A DNA stretch of 63,698 nucleotides, filler included, from Licmophora abbreviata (lineage: Eukaryota): NCBI GenBank assembly GCA_900291995.1. It is 13 parts of 13 records of this genome, joined end to end, with 100 filler letters (N's around TTAATTAATTAA, not from the genome) between each part and the next. Parts side by side here need not be neighbours in the genome. Positions count along the whole stretch, not along the records: positions 1 to 11,579 come from OLMU01001228.1; 12 more parts are not named here. The stretch is one strand, 5' to 3'. Both the position numbers and the translations under genes were made by a program. The notes under the pieces were generated by a model. The model did not search any database. It had not been told where the DNA came from and was given only the letters and a program-made list of their open reading frames with translations. Each line of letters starts with the position of its first letter. Positions within the stretch are counted from its first letter, which is position 1. Of this stretch, positions 1 through 11,276 are shown in pieces.

Positions 1-1518
1 ATGAGGAATCCGGGTGTGAGGGAAGATAGGGAGGCCAAGGAACGGAGGGAGCGAGTTATGCGTCGATTGATGGGAGAGATCGAAGAGGACAATAAGAAAC
101 GACGAGAGAGAGCCAAGGAACTTTTGGGAAAGCTACCGGAAACGCCTGAAAACAGGACGAGCGCCATGGAAAAGGCCTTGAAGGAAGCGAGGGAGGAAGT
201 CAAGAAGATTCGTCGTCAGCAGTTGGGCAAAGCTGCGGCTGAAAGCAGTCTGGCGTCGTCCTCTGATGCTGCCGACACTGAGACTGGTACGCCCAAATCG
301 AGTGCTGACCAGGCTCGTGAACAGGCAGCGGCCGAGGCGGCAGGTGGACGTCCGCGTCTTCCGGGCGATGAGGATGTTACGCGTGGGGATCTTGGAAAAG
401 ACTTGAAGATTGAACCTTCCTCAACCACCGTTACGGGACCCTTGCAGGTGGAGGTTTCGTCCACATACAACAAGGAGCAGTCGGATCCTCCCATGCGCAA
501 GCACTGCTTCCAGTACACGATTCGCATTACGAACAACTCCCAGACCGACACGATCCAGCTTCTCGGTCGTCGCTTTGAGATTCAGACTGTCGGAAGCAGC
601 ATGAAGGACGTCGTTCAGGGCGAAGGCGTGACGGGTCGTCAACCCATTCTCAAGCCTGGTGAAGTCTTTGAATACACGTCGACGGCTCCCCTCAGTGTAC
701 GGCCCATTGGAACTACTGAGATCGCCGCACGCATGAAGGGACAGTACCGGTACATTACGCTTGCTGAAGGACAAGCGACGGCAACCCCAGATCAAGTGGA
801 AGCGGGAGGTGACGGCAAGGCCGAGCTCGGAACCTTCCATTTCATCTTTCCCGAGGACCAGCGCGTCACTCCGTTCCGCTCTAGCGAAGAAGACGATGAC
901 GACGAAGAAGAGGAGGAAGAAGACGACGACGATGAAGCCGATGAGTCTACCAAGGCAGTTGCTACTCCCGCAGCCAAATCTGCATCCAAGCAGTCCAAGA
1001 GTTCATCGACATCTCCGGCTTCGACGTTGCCTGGCGACCAAGATATGAAGACTGGCGATATAAAAATTGAGCTCAATGACTCTTCCGATGTTGCAACAGA
1101 GTCTGTTCATGTCCAGGTGAACTCCTCGTACCGCCCTGAGCGTTCTGATGCCGCTCTTGAGAAGCATTGCTTTGCCTACAATATTCGCATCACAAACGAA
1201 TCTGATAAGAGTATTCAGCTCGTATCGCGTCGCTTTGAGATCCAGACGATTGGAAGTGCCAACAAGGATGTCGTCCAGGGACCGGGTGTTACGGGACGTC
1301 AGCCGATTCTCAAGCCGGGCGAGAGTTTCGAGTACACGAGCACGGCCCCGTTGAGTGTTCGGCCAATGCTTGAGAAGACGCCAGCTGTCGCTCGGATGCA
1401 GGGTGAATACAACTTTGTCATCTTGGCGGATGATGGAACGACGCCCGTTAGCTCGACTCCATTGCAGGCGAAACTTGGATCCTTTCATTTTGTTCTTCCG
1501 GCTTTGGACCTCGCATAA
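1..1518 (+). CDS. Tandem ApaG (DUF525) domain protein, probably 5'-partial
   Basis: Two copies of the ApaG signature: FQYTIRITN...IQLLGRRFEI...VQGEGVTGRQPILKPGEVFEYTS and FAYNIRITN...IQLVSRRFEI...VQGPGVTGRQPILKPGESFEYTS. They are separated by a poly-D/E linker and preceded by a charged coiled coil. The ORF begins at window base 1. Confidence 0.85.
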   Translation: MRNPGVREDREAKERRERVMRRLMGEIEEDNKKRRERAKELLGKLPETPENRTSAMEKALKEAREEVKKIRRQQLGKAAAESSLASSSDAADTETGTPKSSADQAREQAAAEAAGGRPRLPGDEDVTRGDLGKDLKIEPSSTTVTGPLQVEVSSTYNKEQSDPPMRKHCFQYTIRITNNSQTDTIQLLGRRFEIQTVGSSMKDVVQGEGVTGRQPILKPGEVFEYTSTAPLSVRPIGTTEIAARMKGQYRYITLAEGQATATPDQVEAGGDGKAELGTFHFIFPEDQRVTPFRSSEEDDDDEEEEEEDDDDEADESTKAVATPAAKSASKQSKSSSTSPASTLPGDQDMKTGDIKIELNDSSDVATESVHVQVNSSYRPERSDAALEKHCFAYNIRITNESDKSIQLVSRRFEIQTIGSANKDVVQGPGVTGRQPILKPGESFEYTSTAPLSVRPMLEKTPAVARMQGEYNFVILADDGTTPVSSTPLQAKLGSFHFVLPALDLA

Positions 1519-1789
1519 TTGAATGAATCGGCTTGATACGGACGAAAAATATGAGTCGGAGAGATGCGAAGATCTGTCTCGACGCTAAGCAAAAAGTTGC
1601 TGGTTGACGAACGTTGTCCATAGTGAAACCAGCACCTCGTCTTCGATCCAAAAGTACAACAAAGAAGATAATTTCGTAGGATTGCAGACTTTCTCTAGCA
1701 ACAAGTTACACCCACAGGCAGATCACTATTAGCGGACTACGGTTTAGAGAGTTCGACTGCGATCCCAATTCAATTTCTCGTACTCTTAC

Positions 1790-4700
1790 TCAAGGACTGA
1801 CACCTTTCTCAGATACGGTGACGCTCCTGTCGTCTTCCTCGGATCCGTCCGCCGTGGCAGCAGCCAACCTTCTCTTGCGGGAGCTCATCGAAGCGGGACG
1901 TGATGCGCGAGACGTTGCGAGACTGGTCACTTCACCTACTGCTTCTTCTTCGTTCATCAAATTGGCAATAAAGGACATTGCATCCTTTTTGCTCAAGTGA
2001 TGAATGTTACTCACCTGTGTGACAAGGGACGAGTGGCGTGAGTTGAAAAAGCAGCAACTGACGGAAAAACGCCGCCCAACAAACTGCAGACTTACTTTGT
2101 TCTGATGGCTAATACCGTAGCATCGATTCGCGACAGCAACTAGCTCAGGTCGGAAGGTGCTCACAATGAACTGCGTTGGGTTCTCTTCGCTGTTGGCCTG
2201 ACGCTGGATTAGCGACGCGACTGCTGCACGATGCGTGGAATCCGAGGCTTGGTCAAGTTCATCGAACAGATAGAAGGGGGCAGGGTCGCATCGCTGAATG
2301 GCAAAAATGAGTGCCATGGCGACCAGAGCTTTCTGTCCTCCTGACAGTTGCGACATGAGGTAATTCTCACCGACGTCCGAGAATCGAACCTTGATGCCGA
2401 TGCCCTTGTACAAGCTGACGTTTGGATTGTTCGGATCGAATACCTTCTTCTGGTTGGCTCCCTCGTCCTCGGAGTCGTCGCGGTCTTCGTCGTCAGAGAC
2501 TGCGCTTGATTGGTCAATGATCGTACGCATGACAAGCTCCCCGGATCCGTTCGGGACTAGCTCCTTGAAGACGTCCTTGAAATGAGCGCTGACCCCACGG
2601 AAAGTTCGGTTGATCGCTTCATCTTTTTGACGATCGAGGCTCTCCAAGAGCTCTTTCACCTTCCCAGCTCCGGTGTCAAGTTCCCCCTTGCGTTTGAGTA
2701 GGGACTCGCGCTGCTCGCTGAAATTCACGTACTGGTCGTACGCTTTCTTGTTCACATGAGAGTACTTCTTGAGCTTCTTGTTGAGCTTTTCGAGTTCACG
2801 CATCAAGGCGGCAATTGTGAGGTCTGTGTAGCTCTCGAGCGCGGACGGGGGAGGAAGCGAACCGAGTTCTTGGATCTTGCGCATGTATGTCTCGCGTTTG
2901 GACACGCACATGGATCTCTGTGAGTAAAATGAGTTAGAACAGATAAGAAGCGACCCGTGGGCACCATTTCAACACGTACAACCAGAATTACTGCACAAAC
3001 CTTGTTCAAGAGACGCTCTGCCTGTTCCTGAGCTTTCTCGAGATCGCTCGTGTTCTTCATGTCTTCGTTCTTGAGCTGCTCCAACTCTCCCTTTGAGGAA
3101 AGTAGTTCACCCTTCAGATCACTTTCCACCTTTCGAGCTTCTACGAGACGCTCCACAAGGTCATCGGCAATGCGAACTGCATCATCGAGCTCACGACGAC
3201 GCTGCTCTAGATCGTCGCGTTGCTGCTGCCGAGCAGGCGCCCCGCCTCGACTGCGACGACGATTGGACGAATCGCCCTGTTCCATCAACTCCTGACGGCG
3301 TTTTAGAAGGTTGTCTTCGAGTAGACTCTGAAGCTTCTGGCGCTCTACGCTGACATTCTCCACTACTTCGTTCTGACTCTCAATCTTGGTAGCAAGGTCG
3401 ACCTGCGTCTTCTTGAGTTGATTCAATGTCTCTCGGTCTTCGTCCGATAGTGTCGCCGTGAGCTTGGTTCCCATTTCTTCCCGCAGGCGCTCGATTTCGT
3501 TCCCCAGACTCAAGATCTCCTTTTCCAAAGGTGGAACTGCCGTTTTTTCGATCTTTTCAGTATTCTTCCGCTGGCTCTCGACGCGCTTCTCCAGACGTTC
3601 AATGCCCGTCTCTGTCTCGTTCAAGACATGATTGAAGTCAGCTTGCTTGGCTTCCAAGCGCTGCAGCTCACCCATGAGGTTCGTCACAGCCTGATCAGTT
3701 GACTGCGCTTTGCGATTGACATTGCGATGCTCGGCTTCGGCCTTGGTGAGGGTCGCTTGCGCTTCGATATTCTGTCGTTGAGCACGGAGCCGACTCTTAT
3801 TGGCATCGACGTATCCACCCGTCAAGGCACCGCGACGATCGCACAAGTCGCCGTCGAGTGTAATGGCGTCCATGTTACACTTCGCACGCCACGTAGATGC
3901 AACGTCCTTGCTGCGCGCCAGGAGTTTCTTGCCAAATACGTGCTGCATGGCAGGCTCGACCTTCTTGTCGTACTTGATACACTGCTGCAAAAGCGGTGTC
4001 ACATCGGGACTCTCGGGGTACTTGACTGGTTCGATACGGAGACGGCTCAATGGAAGGAATGTGACACGTCCCAGCTTGTCCTTTTCCAGACGACGCATCA
4101 AGCGCGCTGCTGTCGCGTCGGTATCAACAATGACATGAAATAGAGAATTCTGAGCCGCCACTTCCACGGCCGCTTGAAACTTGGGCTCCGTCAGCTCCAT
4201 GTTTTCCATCACCATGCCAAAGTACTCTTCGCCAATAACGAGCCCTTCCTGTTCCACAATATTCTGCAAGGCCTCCAGTCCCAAACTCGTAGCACGAGGC
4301 ATGACTTTGCGAAGCTCGGACTGCGCCCGCTGCGCGTTCTCGCGAGTTTCCTTGACCCGCTCAAGCAGCTCTTCGCTCCGACGCCATTGATCCTTGCGCG
4401 TATCGTGCAACTCGACGCGCTGCCGCTTCTTTTCGTCAATCGTCTTGCTGAGGGCCTGCAAAGCCGCAAGCTTCTTTGTGACGTCCACCTTCCGTTTCTG
4501 CACAATGGCACTGTCTGTCTGTACAGAACGACGCAAGTTGCTCAAGGACTCTTGCTGCTGCTGCAACGCTGTTTCCTTGTCACTCTTGGCGCCCTCAAGT
4601 TCCTCCACCTTTTCCGTCAAGTACGCATCGCGCTCAGTCTTGCTGGAAAACTGGCGACCGCGTCCCTGCTTGGCATACAAGCCATCCATCTGCTTCTTGG

Positions 4701-5899
4701 CTTCCGACTGTTCGTGCTGCATGCGTTCCAGCGACTGGATCGCCTCGTCGTAGGACGGCTGCACCGTAGTGGAGAGCCGCTCTTGAGCAGCCGCAATATC
4801 CTTCTCCAGCTGTTGCACTTCCTCCGCGTTACTGCGCTGTACTTCCTCTCCGTTCCGCACATTCTCTTCAAGCTCCTTGCACTCCAATTCCAACTTGGTC
4901 TTGGTGGTAGTGCAATCGGTCGTATCCTGCTCCAGTTGCGACAATACCACCCGATTCCGCCTCCCCTGATGCATCTTGCGCTTGATACCTGCCTCCGTGG
5001 ATCGGATTGCATCGTGCGTGGCCCTCGCCTGCTCATGAAGCTGCGTCAGATTGTCCATATCCAAGGTCCTTGCGTGTTCGATCTGATCGAGCTGTTCGCG
5101 GGCACGACGCAGTTCCTTGTCGTAGAGCGTATACTCCATGGCGCGTCGCTGTCGATCGAGCGACTGGTACTGCGTGAGCTCCTCCTTCTCATCCCGAAGT
5201 TCCTCGAGACGCTCTTCCATGTAGTGCAGCGAGTCGTCGATCTTGGCAATGCTGCTCTTGTTTTCGTCCATTTTGGAGAGCGACTCCTTCTTCTTGTCGT
5301 CGTAGACGGTCGTGCCGGCGACCTCCTTGAGCAAGAGCAGTCGCTCTGCATCGCTCATGCAGCAGAGAGCGTTGACTTTGCCCTGCTGGACGATAAAGTA
5401 GGGGTTCGATTTACTAAAGCCAGCCCCCTCGAGCAGACTCATGACTTCCTGCTTGTTACAGCGCTTGCGTTGGAGAAAGAATTCGTCCTTCTTGTGGCCC
5501 ACGGTGCGGCGCAGAACGACCTCATCGCTGTGTTCGAGGGCGAATCGGCCGTCGCTGTTGTCAAAGACGATTTCGACAAAGGCATTGACCGCGGTACTTC
5601 CAGAGCCCTCGTGGAGGAGAGCTTGACGTTCTTCCTGGAGAACGAGGGGGGAGAGAGAGGTCAGAACAGAGAGAGCAGCAAGCATGCTCACAGTGTCATT
5701 TGTCACGTAGCTTTCTACGTACCGTCCGTAGAGAATAGAACCTCGGAGCCAAGAGGCAGAACTGCACGGCATCAAAGAGATTCGATTTGCCACTGCCGTT
5801 CCTCCCGACGACAGCATTGGTATGCTGCGAGAACGGCTGGATCTCGGGCTGCTGTTTGAACGAACGAAAGTTCGAAATTGTGATTTGCTTGATGTGCAT
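1790..5899 (-). CDS. SMC3: Cohesin subunit SMC3, 4 exons (5899-5723, 5634-3001, 2917-2096, 2014-1790)
   Basis: N-terminus MHIKQITISNFRSFK, Walker A VVGRNGSGKSN, GFSKSNPYFIVQQGKV, hinge GRVTFLPL and GALTGGY, signature LSGGQKALVA, Walker B FYLFDELDQ. GT-AG introns at 5635-5722, 2918-3000 and 2015-2095 restore the frame. Confidence 0.97.
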
Positions 5900-6237
5900 G
5901 GTGGATCCAAACAACGCAGGGAAGTGTGTGGGATGGATGATGACTTTCTTTGCGGCGCGCCAAAAATCTCCTTCCAAACTTCTACAGCGTTTGTGGTACT
6001 ATTACTACGTAGAAATTGTTATACTGGCAGAAGATATGGAATGGATCTCGTGTCAAACCGATATCTCTTTCACACCTCATACTTGTCTGACAAAGAGGAG
6101 CGCGCCGGGCGAGACTCGAGACACTTCGAGTCCGAGCGAATCAATCGATCCGATGACTCTTGCCATGACTTTCTTGATTCTTTGCTCGCCATTGCTTGGA
6201 CCGCATCATTCTCAACTCGGACCCTCTCTATGATTTC

Positions 6238-7326
6238 ATGATTGCGGTTGGAAAGATACTTCCGCTGCTGGCGTTCCTCCTAGTGCTGTCTGTCAACCTG
6301 TACACCCACGTCATCTTGTTGCCGTCGACAACCTCGACAACAAGTTTTGGATACTCTGTTCCATACAAGTCTCTTCCGGACGTTCCGCTTTGCACTTCCA
6401 ACCCATACATTTCCTCTTTGAATGCCTCACTCCCCACCATTGCATCGCGCGCCGACGCCTGGTTGCGCAACGTGGACAAACACATGTCGCGCGCCACCTC
6501 GGAGAATGACCCAACACTCCGAAATCACACCCACGCCCGATTCTTCCCATTGCAAGAAATGACAGACTCTTGTATTCCCACATGTGTAGGAGGACGATGC
6601 TTTCGGGATGAAAGTAAGAGTGTCTGTGGACTGCAACAGCTAAATGACATGCCCAACAACAAGAACCAGTGCATCATTTACAGTATTGGAGGCAACAATC
6701 AGTGGAGCTTCGAACTGGATCTCTTACAGCAAACGACTTGCCAAGTGCACACCTTTGATTGTACGGGGAGTATAGAACGATTCAAGATTCCACCACATCC
6801 TCGACTGCACTTTCATCACGTGTGCTTAGGAGATGTGTCGCGGCCTGTGACATCCTGTGATGATGCTGGTGTTGATAGTAGTAGTTTGTGCGGACCCGTC
6901 ATGACATTGGCAGACATGCAGACTATGCTGGGGCATACGCGGTTGGATTTACTTAAAATGGATGTGGAGGGATACGAGTTCCCAGTCTTGAACAGCTGGC
7001 CTTTGTTGGGGGGTGCTAGTAGGGATCGTCATGATCCTGTAAATCACAGAGCCCGAACTACTAATGATGTCCCAATACTGCCAATGCAACTCCTGCTCGA
7101 GATTCATTATCGTACGCAGTTTTGCGATTTGGCAAGTACCATGTTTGGTAAGCTGCAAAATTGTAGTGACTACGAGCGACACGGCGATTGGGAAATTATG
7201 CAAGCGAGGGATTTTGTCAAATTGGAAGAACGGCTGTTGCGGATGGGCTATGTTGTGGCATTGCGGGACGACAATACCATGTGTTTGCACTGTACAGAAG
7301 TTACTCTTGTCAGGTATCGGTGTTGA
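6238..7326 (+). CDS. Type II membrane SAM-dependent methyltransferase-domain protein (Methyltransf_22 / METTL24-like)
   Basis: N-terminal signal anchor, CIIYSIGGNNQWSFE, CQVHTFDCTG, LDLLKMDVEGYEF, QLLLEIH and a C-terminal CxxCxE motif. Confidence 0.8.
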   Translation: MIAVGKILPLLAFLLVLSVNLYTHVILLPSTTSTTSFGYSVPYKSLPDVPLCTSNPYISSLNASLPTIASRADAWLRNVDKHMSRATSENDPTLRNHTHARFFPLQEMTDSCIPTCVGGRCFRDESKSVCGLQQLNDMPNNKNQCIIYSIGGNNQWSFELDLLQQTTCQVHTFDCTGSIERFKIPPHPRLHFHHVCLGDVSRPVTSCDDAGVDSSSLCGPVMTLADMQTMLGHTRLDLLKMDVEGYEFPVLNSWPLLGGASRDRHDPVNHRARTTNDVPILPMQLLLEIHYRTQFCDLASTMFGKLQNCSDYERHGDWEIMQARDFVKLEERLLRMGYVVALRDDNTMCLHCTEVTLVRYRC

Positions 7327-7520
7327 AATAGCTTTGTGGATGTACATGAAAGAGAGATACTCTAGGCTCCCGCTTTCTCTCTCGCTATGACAACACAATG
7401 CAACACGGGATCGAATCTGGAACAAACAGTGACAACGCGTATTCTATACTATGAAAATGCCATGTGTAACCTCCCCAGTTGCTGTATCCCATTTCATCGC
7501 ACCCTATGTGGCCTTTCCAG

Positions 7521-9988
7521 TTACAGTCCCCGACCATGTAACGCATACGTTGAGGTTCTACCGCGACCCCTATTCTGTTGTTGCCTTGGAGGTGCCCGAT
7601 GCTTCTGTGGGGGGTGCTGAGGGTAGTACCAACCTCCACGTTTTCTTGAGGAAGAACTAGAGGAATACTTCTTAGAAGAGTGCTTCTTTGATTTCTTCCC
7701 GGACTTTTTGCCCCCCTTTCCTCCATGCCAATATGTCGGTCTATGCCATGGCTTTGGTACGGGTTTCGGTCTCGGTACGGGCTTTGGCGTCGGTTTTGGG
7801 GTGATTGGTGATGGTGCTATGGGAGCACTTGGAGTGGGTGCGATACTGTTGGATATCGGCATCACAGTTGTTGGTTGTGGGGTTGTCGGTGTAATCAGGG
7901 TGGGTACGGAAGTCGCGGGCGCCTCCGAAGGAGCAAGAGTTGGTGCAAGCGTGGCCCCATTGTTGGGACATGTGGTGACATCAACGACTTGGATACATGT
8001 CCCGGTGCAGTCGCCTCCCTGAAAGCAACCGGCGTTCAGATCCTCTTTGAACAAACGATTCCCCGGGGCATCGCAAGCGTCTGATTGATGATTCACAATG
8101 AAAACTCCCGAACTCACGTAATCTGATTCGTCTCCTATGAAGATAGCAGTATCCGATCGGCCTCCAATGATGCACAAGTCCGTCATGTTTACAAAGCCTC
8201 GGAAAATATTGAACACCGCAGACTGCATGCCGTAAATATGACGAAGTGTGAGCGACATCCCATCGACGACAACTTGCACAAACAAGACGAGTAAACATAC
8301 CGTGAAATTGTTGTTGTCGGTCAAGGTGACCTGCTGAACGTTCGCTATTGAATCTTGGAGGATAAAGATTGGCGCAGATACATCGGGGGCCTGCGAGACG
8401 GTATAGAGCAAACCAATACTTGGTCAGGTGAAACGAACGTGACAACATCTACCAGCCGGAGTACAATCCCACAAAACGAGTAACTTACGGTACCAATGTT
8501 GTCGAATATTTCCAGATTTTCTGCGTTGACCAAACTATCGATCGTTTGTGCCGTGATCCCATACTGCATGTTGGTGTTCCCGTTGATCACAAGACCAGAT
8601 ATTGTCGCCGTACTACTCGCATTCACGAACACGCCGCTCCAGCCGAACAGTCCTGTGGAAATGACATTGTCGCGTATTATCACATCGCTCAGAATGTCTC
8701 GGATGCCGCCCCCTCGCTGTAGAAAACATCCTGAAAAGAAGAAGAAGCAAATGCAGAGGTGAGTGCTCCATCTCCATTTCCCGCCTTCGTCACTTGGCTA
8801 TCGTGCTTGCTGAGACATACCAGCATATTTGTGTTTTCAAATATTTCCACTGTTGCCATGCTGGTTATTCCTCCAGATGTGCTGAATCCAACGCTCTGTC
8901 AACGACACAGGCAATACGAATACAGAAAAGGCAGTTAGCAACATAGTCGAACGGAGGCAGTGAATAGCACTAGTCATCCTTGCTCACCTCTAGATCGCTA
9001 TTTGAAACCGACGAGCCAGACATGGAGGAAAATCCACCATTGCTTGTCACGAATACCGACTTTGATAACGAGATCTCAACAAGGTGAGAATAGACGGTTG
9101 AAAAACACACCAAAGCCAATCCCACGAACCGATATGTGACTTACCGCAGTATTGAGATTGAGAGCGGCAGTGTTCGACACAGTGAGTACCCCCTCATTGT
9201 TCGAAAAGACTGCAAACCCGGCTCCATCCTAAAAACCCGTGTTTCGATGAATTGGTTAGTCTGTGTTTGCACAAAGTTTTTCTTATTCCCAGCCTCCGAC
9301 GGCCGCCAATACTTACCGCAATAATGGAACCGCTGACATCGACACTCATTGCTGGTGGCGGATCGTCGACGGCGGTGACTGGAGTGTAGACCAAGTGAAT
9401 TGCGTAGCTACTGTCAAAATTCTGCATCAGAAGGAAAGAAGTTCCTGTCTGTCAGTGTAATTCATTATCCATCGAGGTTTACAACAAAAAGCTTGTCACA
9501 CCACGTACCGTCCATGTACAATCTGTAAACTGGGCCGATGTCACGTTGCTCGCGTATGCGGATATCGACGTCTCTGTGAAGTCCATAAAATTGATTCCTT
9601 CGAAAGCCAGTGTACTCAATGGAAAGCTTTCCAACGTTGATTCTTGAATGAGAACTTGGGTCGTACCATTTGCAACAGAACACGTATTGTCCGGTGACCC
9701 ACATATGAACACCGAGCCACTCAACAAAGGAACCAGCGTTTCGGATCCATCAAAAGGATCCCCTGGACAGAGCGTGAATAAATATACCTCCGACGGAGTT
9801 GATCCTCCGACGATAGCAGAAAATTCTTCCTCCATGTCCAAATTTAAGTCAGCAAACGATGTGTACCCGGTAATATCAGCGTCTTGTGGGCATGCCACAG
9901 TTCGTTGCCCTCTCACACCACAACAACTCAACAGTACCAGCCAGCAGAGTGATCTCACTACCCGATACCCTTCTGGATGTAATATCAT
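7521..9988 (-). CDS. Multi-exon secreted/cell-surface protein with Pro/Thr-rich stalk and Lys/Ser-rich tail
   Basis: Signal peptide MILHPEGYRVVRSLCWLVLLSCCGVRG, then CPQDADITGYTSFADLN and YLFTLCPG. About six short GT-AG introns (first at 9422-9508; the rest approximate). Last exon has TLAPTLAP/PKPTPKP and GGKGGKKSGKKSKKHSSKKYSSSSSS. Confidence 0.7.
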
Positions 9989-10362
9989 TGTTCTATGTAT
10001 TCGATGTCGCTGTTGTGATCTCATGGTGGACAAGACTTGATGCAATAGGTGCAATGGCCTAGTGTGACTGGTGTGACTTCCGACTCAAGCGATGTTGGCG
10101 CCAAAAATCTGTGCTCGATGCGTTGAAACCTGAATCAAAAAGCTATAGCGATGAATACACGTATTTAGTATGGGTCAATACAATCTGTCAGAGTCGATGC
10201 GTTGGGCCCGTTTGAAATTATCACTATCCCTACCATAGCGCACCTCGGCCTTGTAAATCCAGAGATACGAGCTACTCTTCTCGTCGAACAGGGCTTGATT
10301 GATACCGATTCGACTTGCACACACAAAACCGGTGCAATAGTGTCCTTGTTAATATTGAGTAG

Positions 10363-11229
10363 CTAACTACAGATAGTCACGGTCTCCACTGCTGGACTTT
10401 GCTGTTGCGTTTCCTTATCCTGGTCGTTCTGGAATTTCTTCATTAGTCTGTCCGCCCAGTATCGTGCCAGAAGTAGCCTCATGAGCCTCCTGTCAGAGCG
10501 AAAACTTGGGCCAGTTTGCATAGTATCGTCGTCCTCGACTGCGTCCTCTGTCTCCTCGTCATCTGTCTTCTTCGAGGGTGCCCTGTCTAGCAATTTCGGT
10601 CCTCCCAGACTCCGAATTCGATTCACCAACACGAGTACGGCCTCGTCCTTGCGACTTCCGTCGCTATTCATGACCTTCATGGTAAATCCACCCCGTCGAT
10701 CAAAGATTAGACACTCTTCAAATGGAACTTCCGAGTCGCCCCGAGCGTCAGTCGGATACTTGGTGAGCGGAAAGTTGGCAACCTGCTCCATGACGGCCTG
10801 GAGCACCACTCCAAACCCCTTGTGTTTTCCAATGTTGTACGTATTCTGCAATCGCTCCGTAATTTCGGATCGTGGAACTTGCAGAACATTCTGAATAGTT
10901 TTCGGTGACTTGGACTCGATCCACTGCACGAAGGCTTCTCCGTGCAGTTCCCAGAATTCACGATAGACTGGCATTTCCTTTTTCAGTTTGTGCCTCAGTC
11001 TGACCCGATCGCCCCAGACCTCCTCTCTCATTTCCGGAGGCCACGGGGAGGAATTGAGAGCCTTAATTTCGGCGTTGGCGGCATCCGTTTCCATGTCGCT
11101 GATGGAGTTGATCATGCCGGGAACGCCGTCTGGCAAGAAACTGGCAAAGCTGCAGCAGACGCACTGACCGCCATTGATGTATTCAAATAGGCTCCTGTCA
11201 ATCACCCAGTCGTCACTAAAGCGAGGCAT
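10363..11229 (-). CDS. Hypothetical protein (288 aa) with N-terminal CxCC motif
   Basis: ATG-initiated intronless ORF with globular-protein composition; family not recognised. Confidence 0.7.
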   Translation of the reverse strand: MPRFSDDWVIDRSLFEYINGGQCVCCSFASFLPDGVPGMINSISDMETDAANAEIKALNSSPWPPEMREEVWGDRVRLRHKLKKEMPVYREFWELHGEAFVQWIESKSPKTIQNVLQVPRSEITERLQNTYNIGKHKGFGVVLQAVMEQVANFPLTKYPTDARGDSEVPFEECLIFDRRGGFTMKVMNSDGSRKDEAVLVLVNRIRSLGGPKLLDRAPSKKTDDEETEDAVEDDDTMQTGPSFRSDRRLMRLLLARYWADRLMKKFQNDQDKETQQQSPAVETVTICS

Positions 11230-11276
11230 GATACCGGCGTAAAGAGAGAGTGAGAAAGACTACTGATGATGCTGAG

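Noticed and set aside
4174..5859. 561-aa plus-strand ORF
   Set aside because: Antisense shadow of the SMC3 coiled coil; its Leu/Val-rich composition mirrors GAG/AAG codons, it starts with TTG and shows no motifs.
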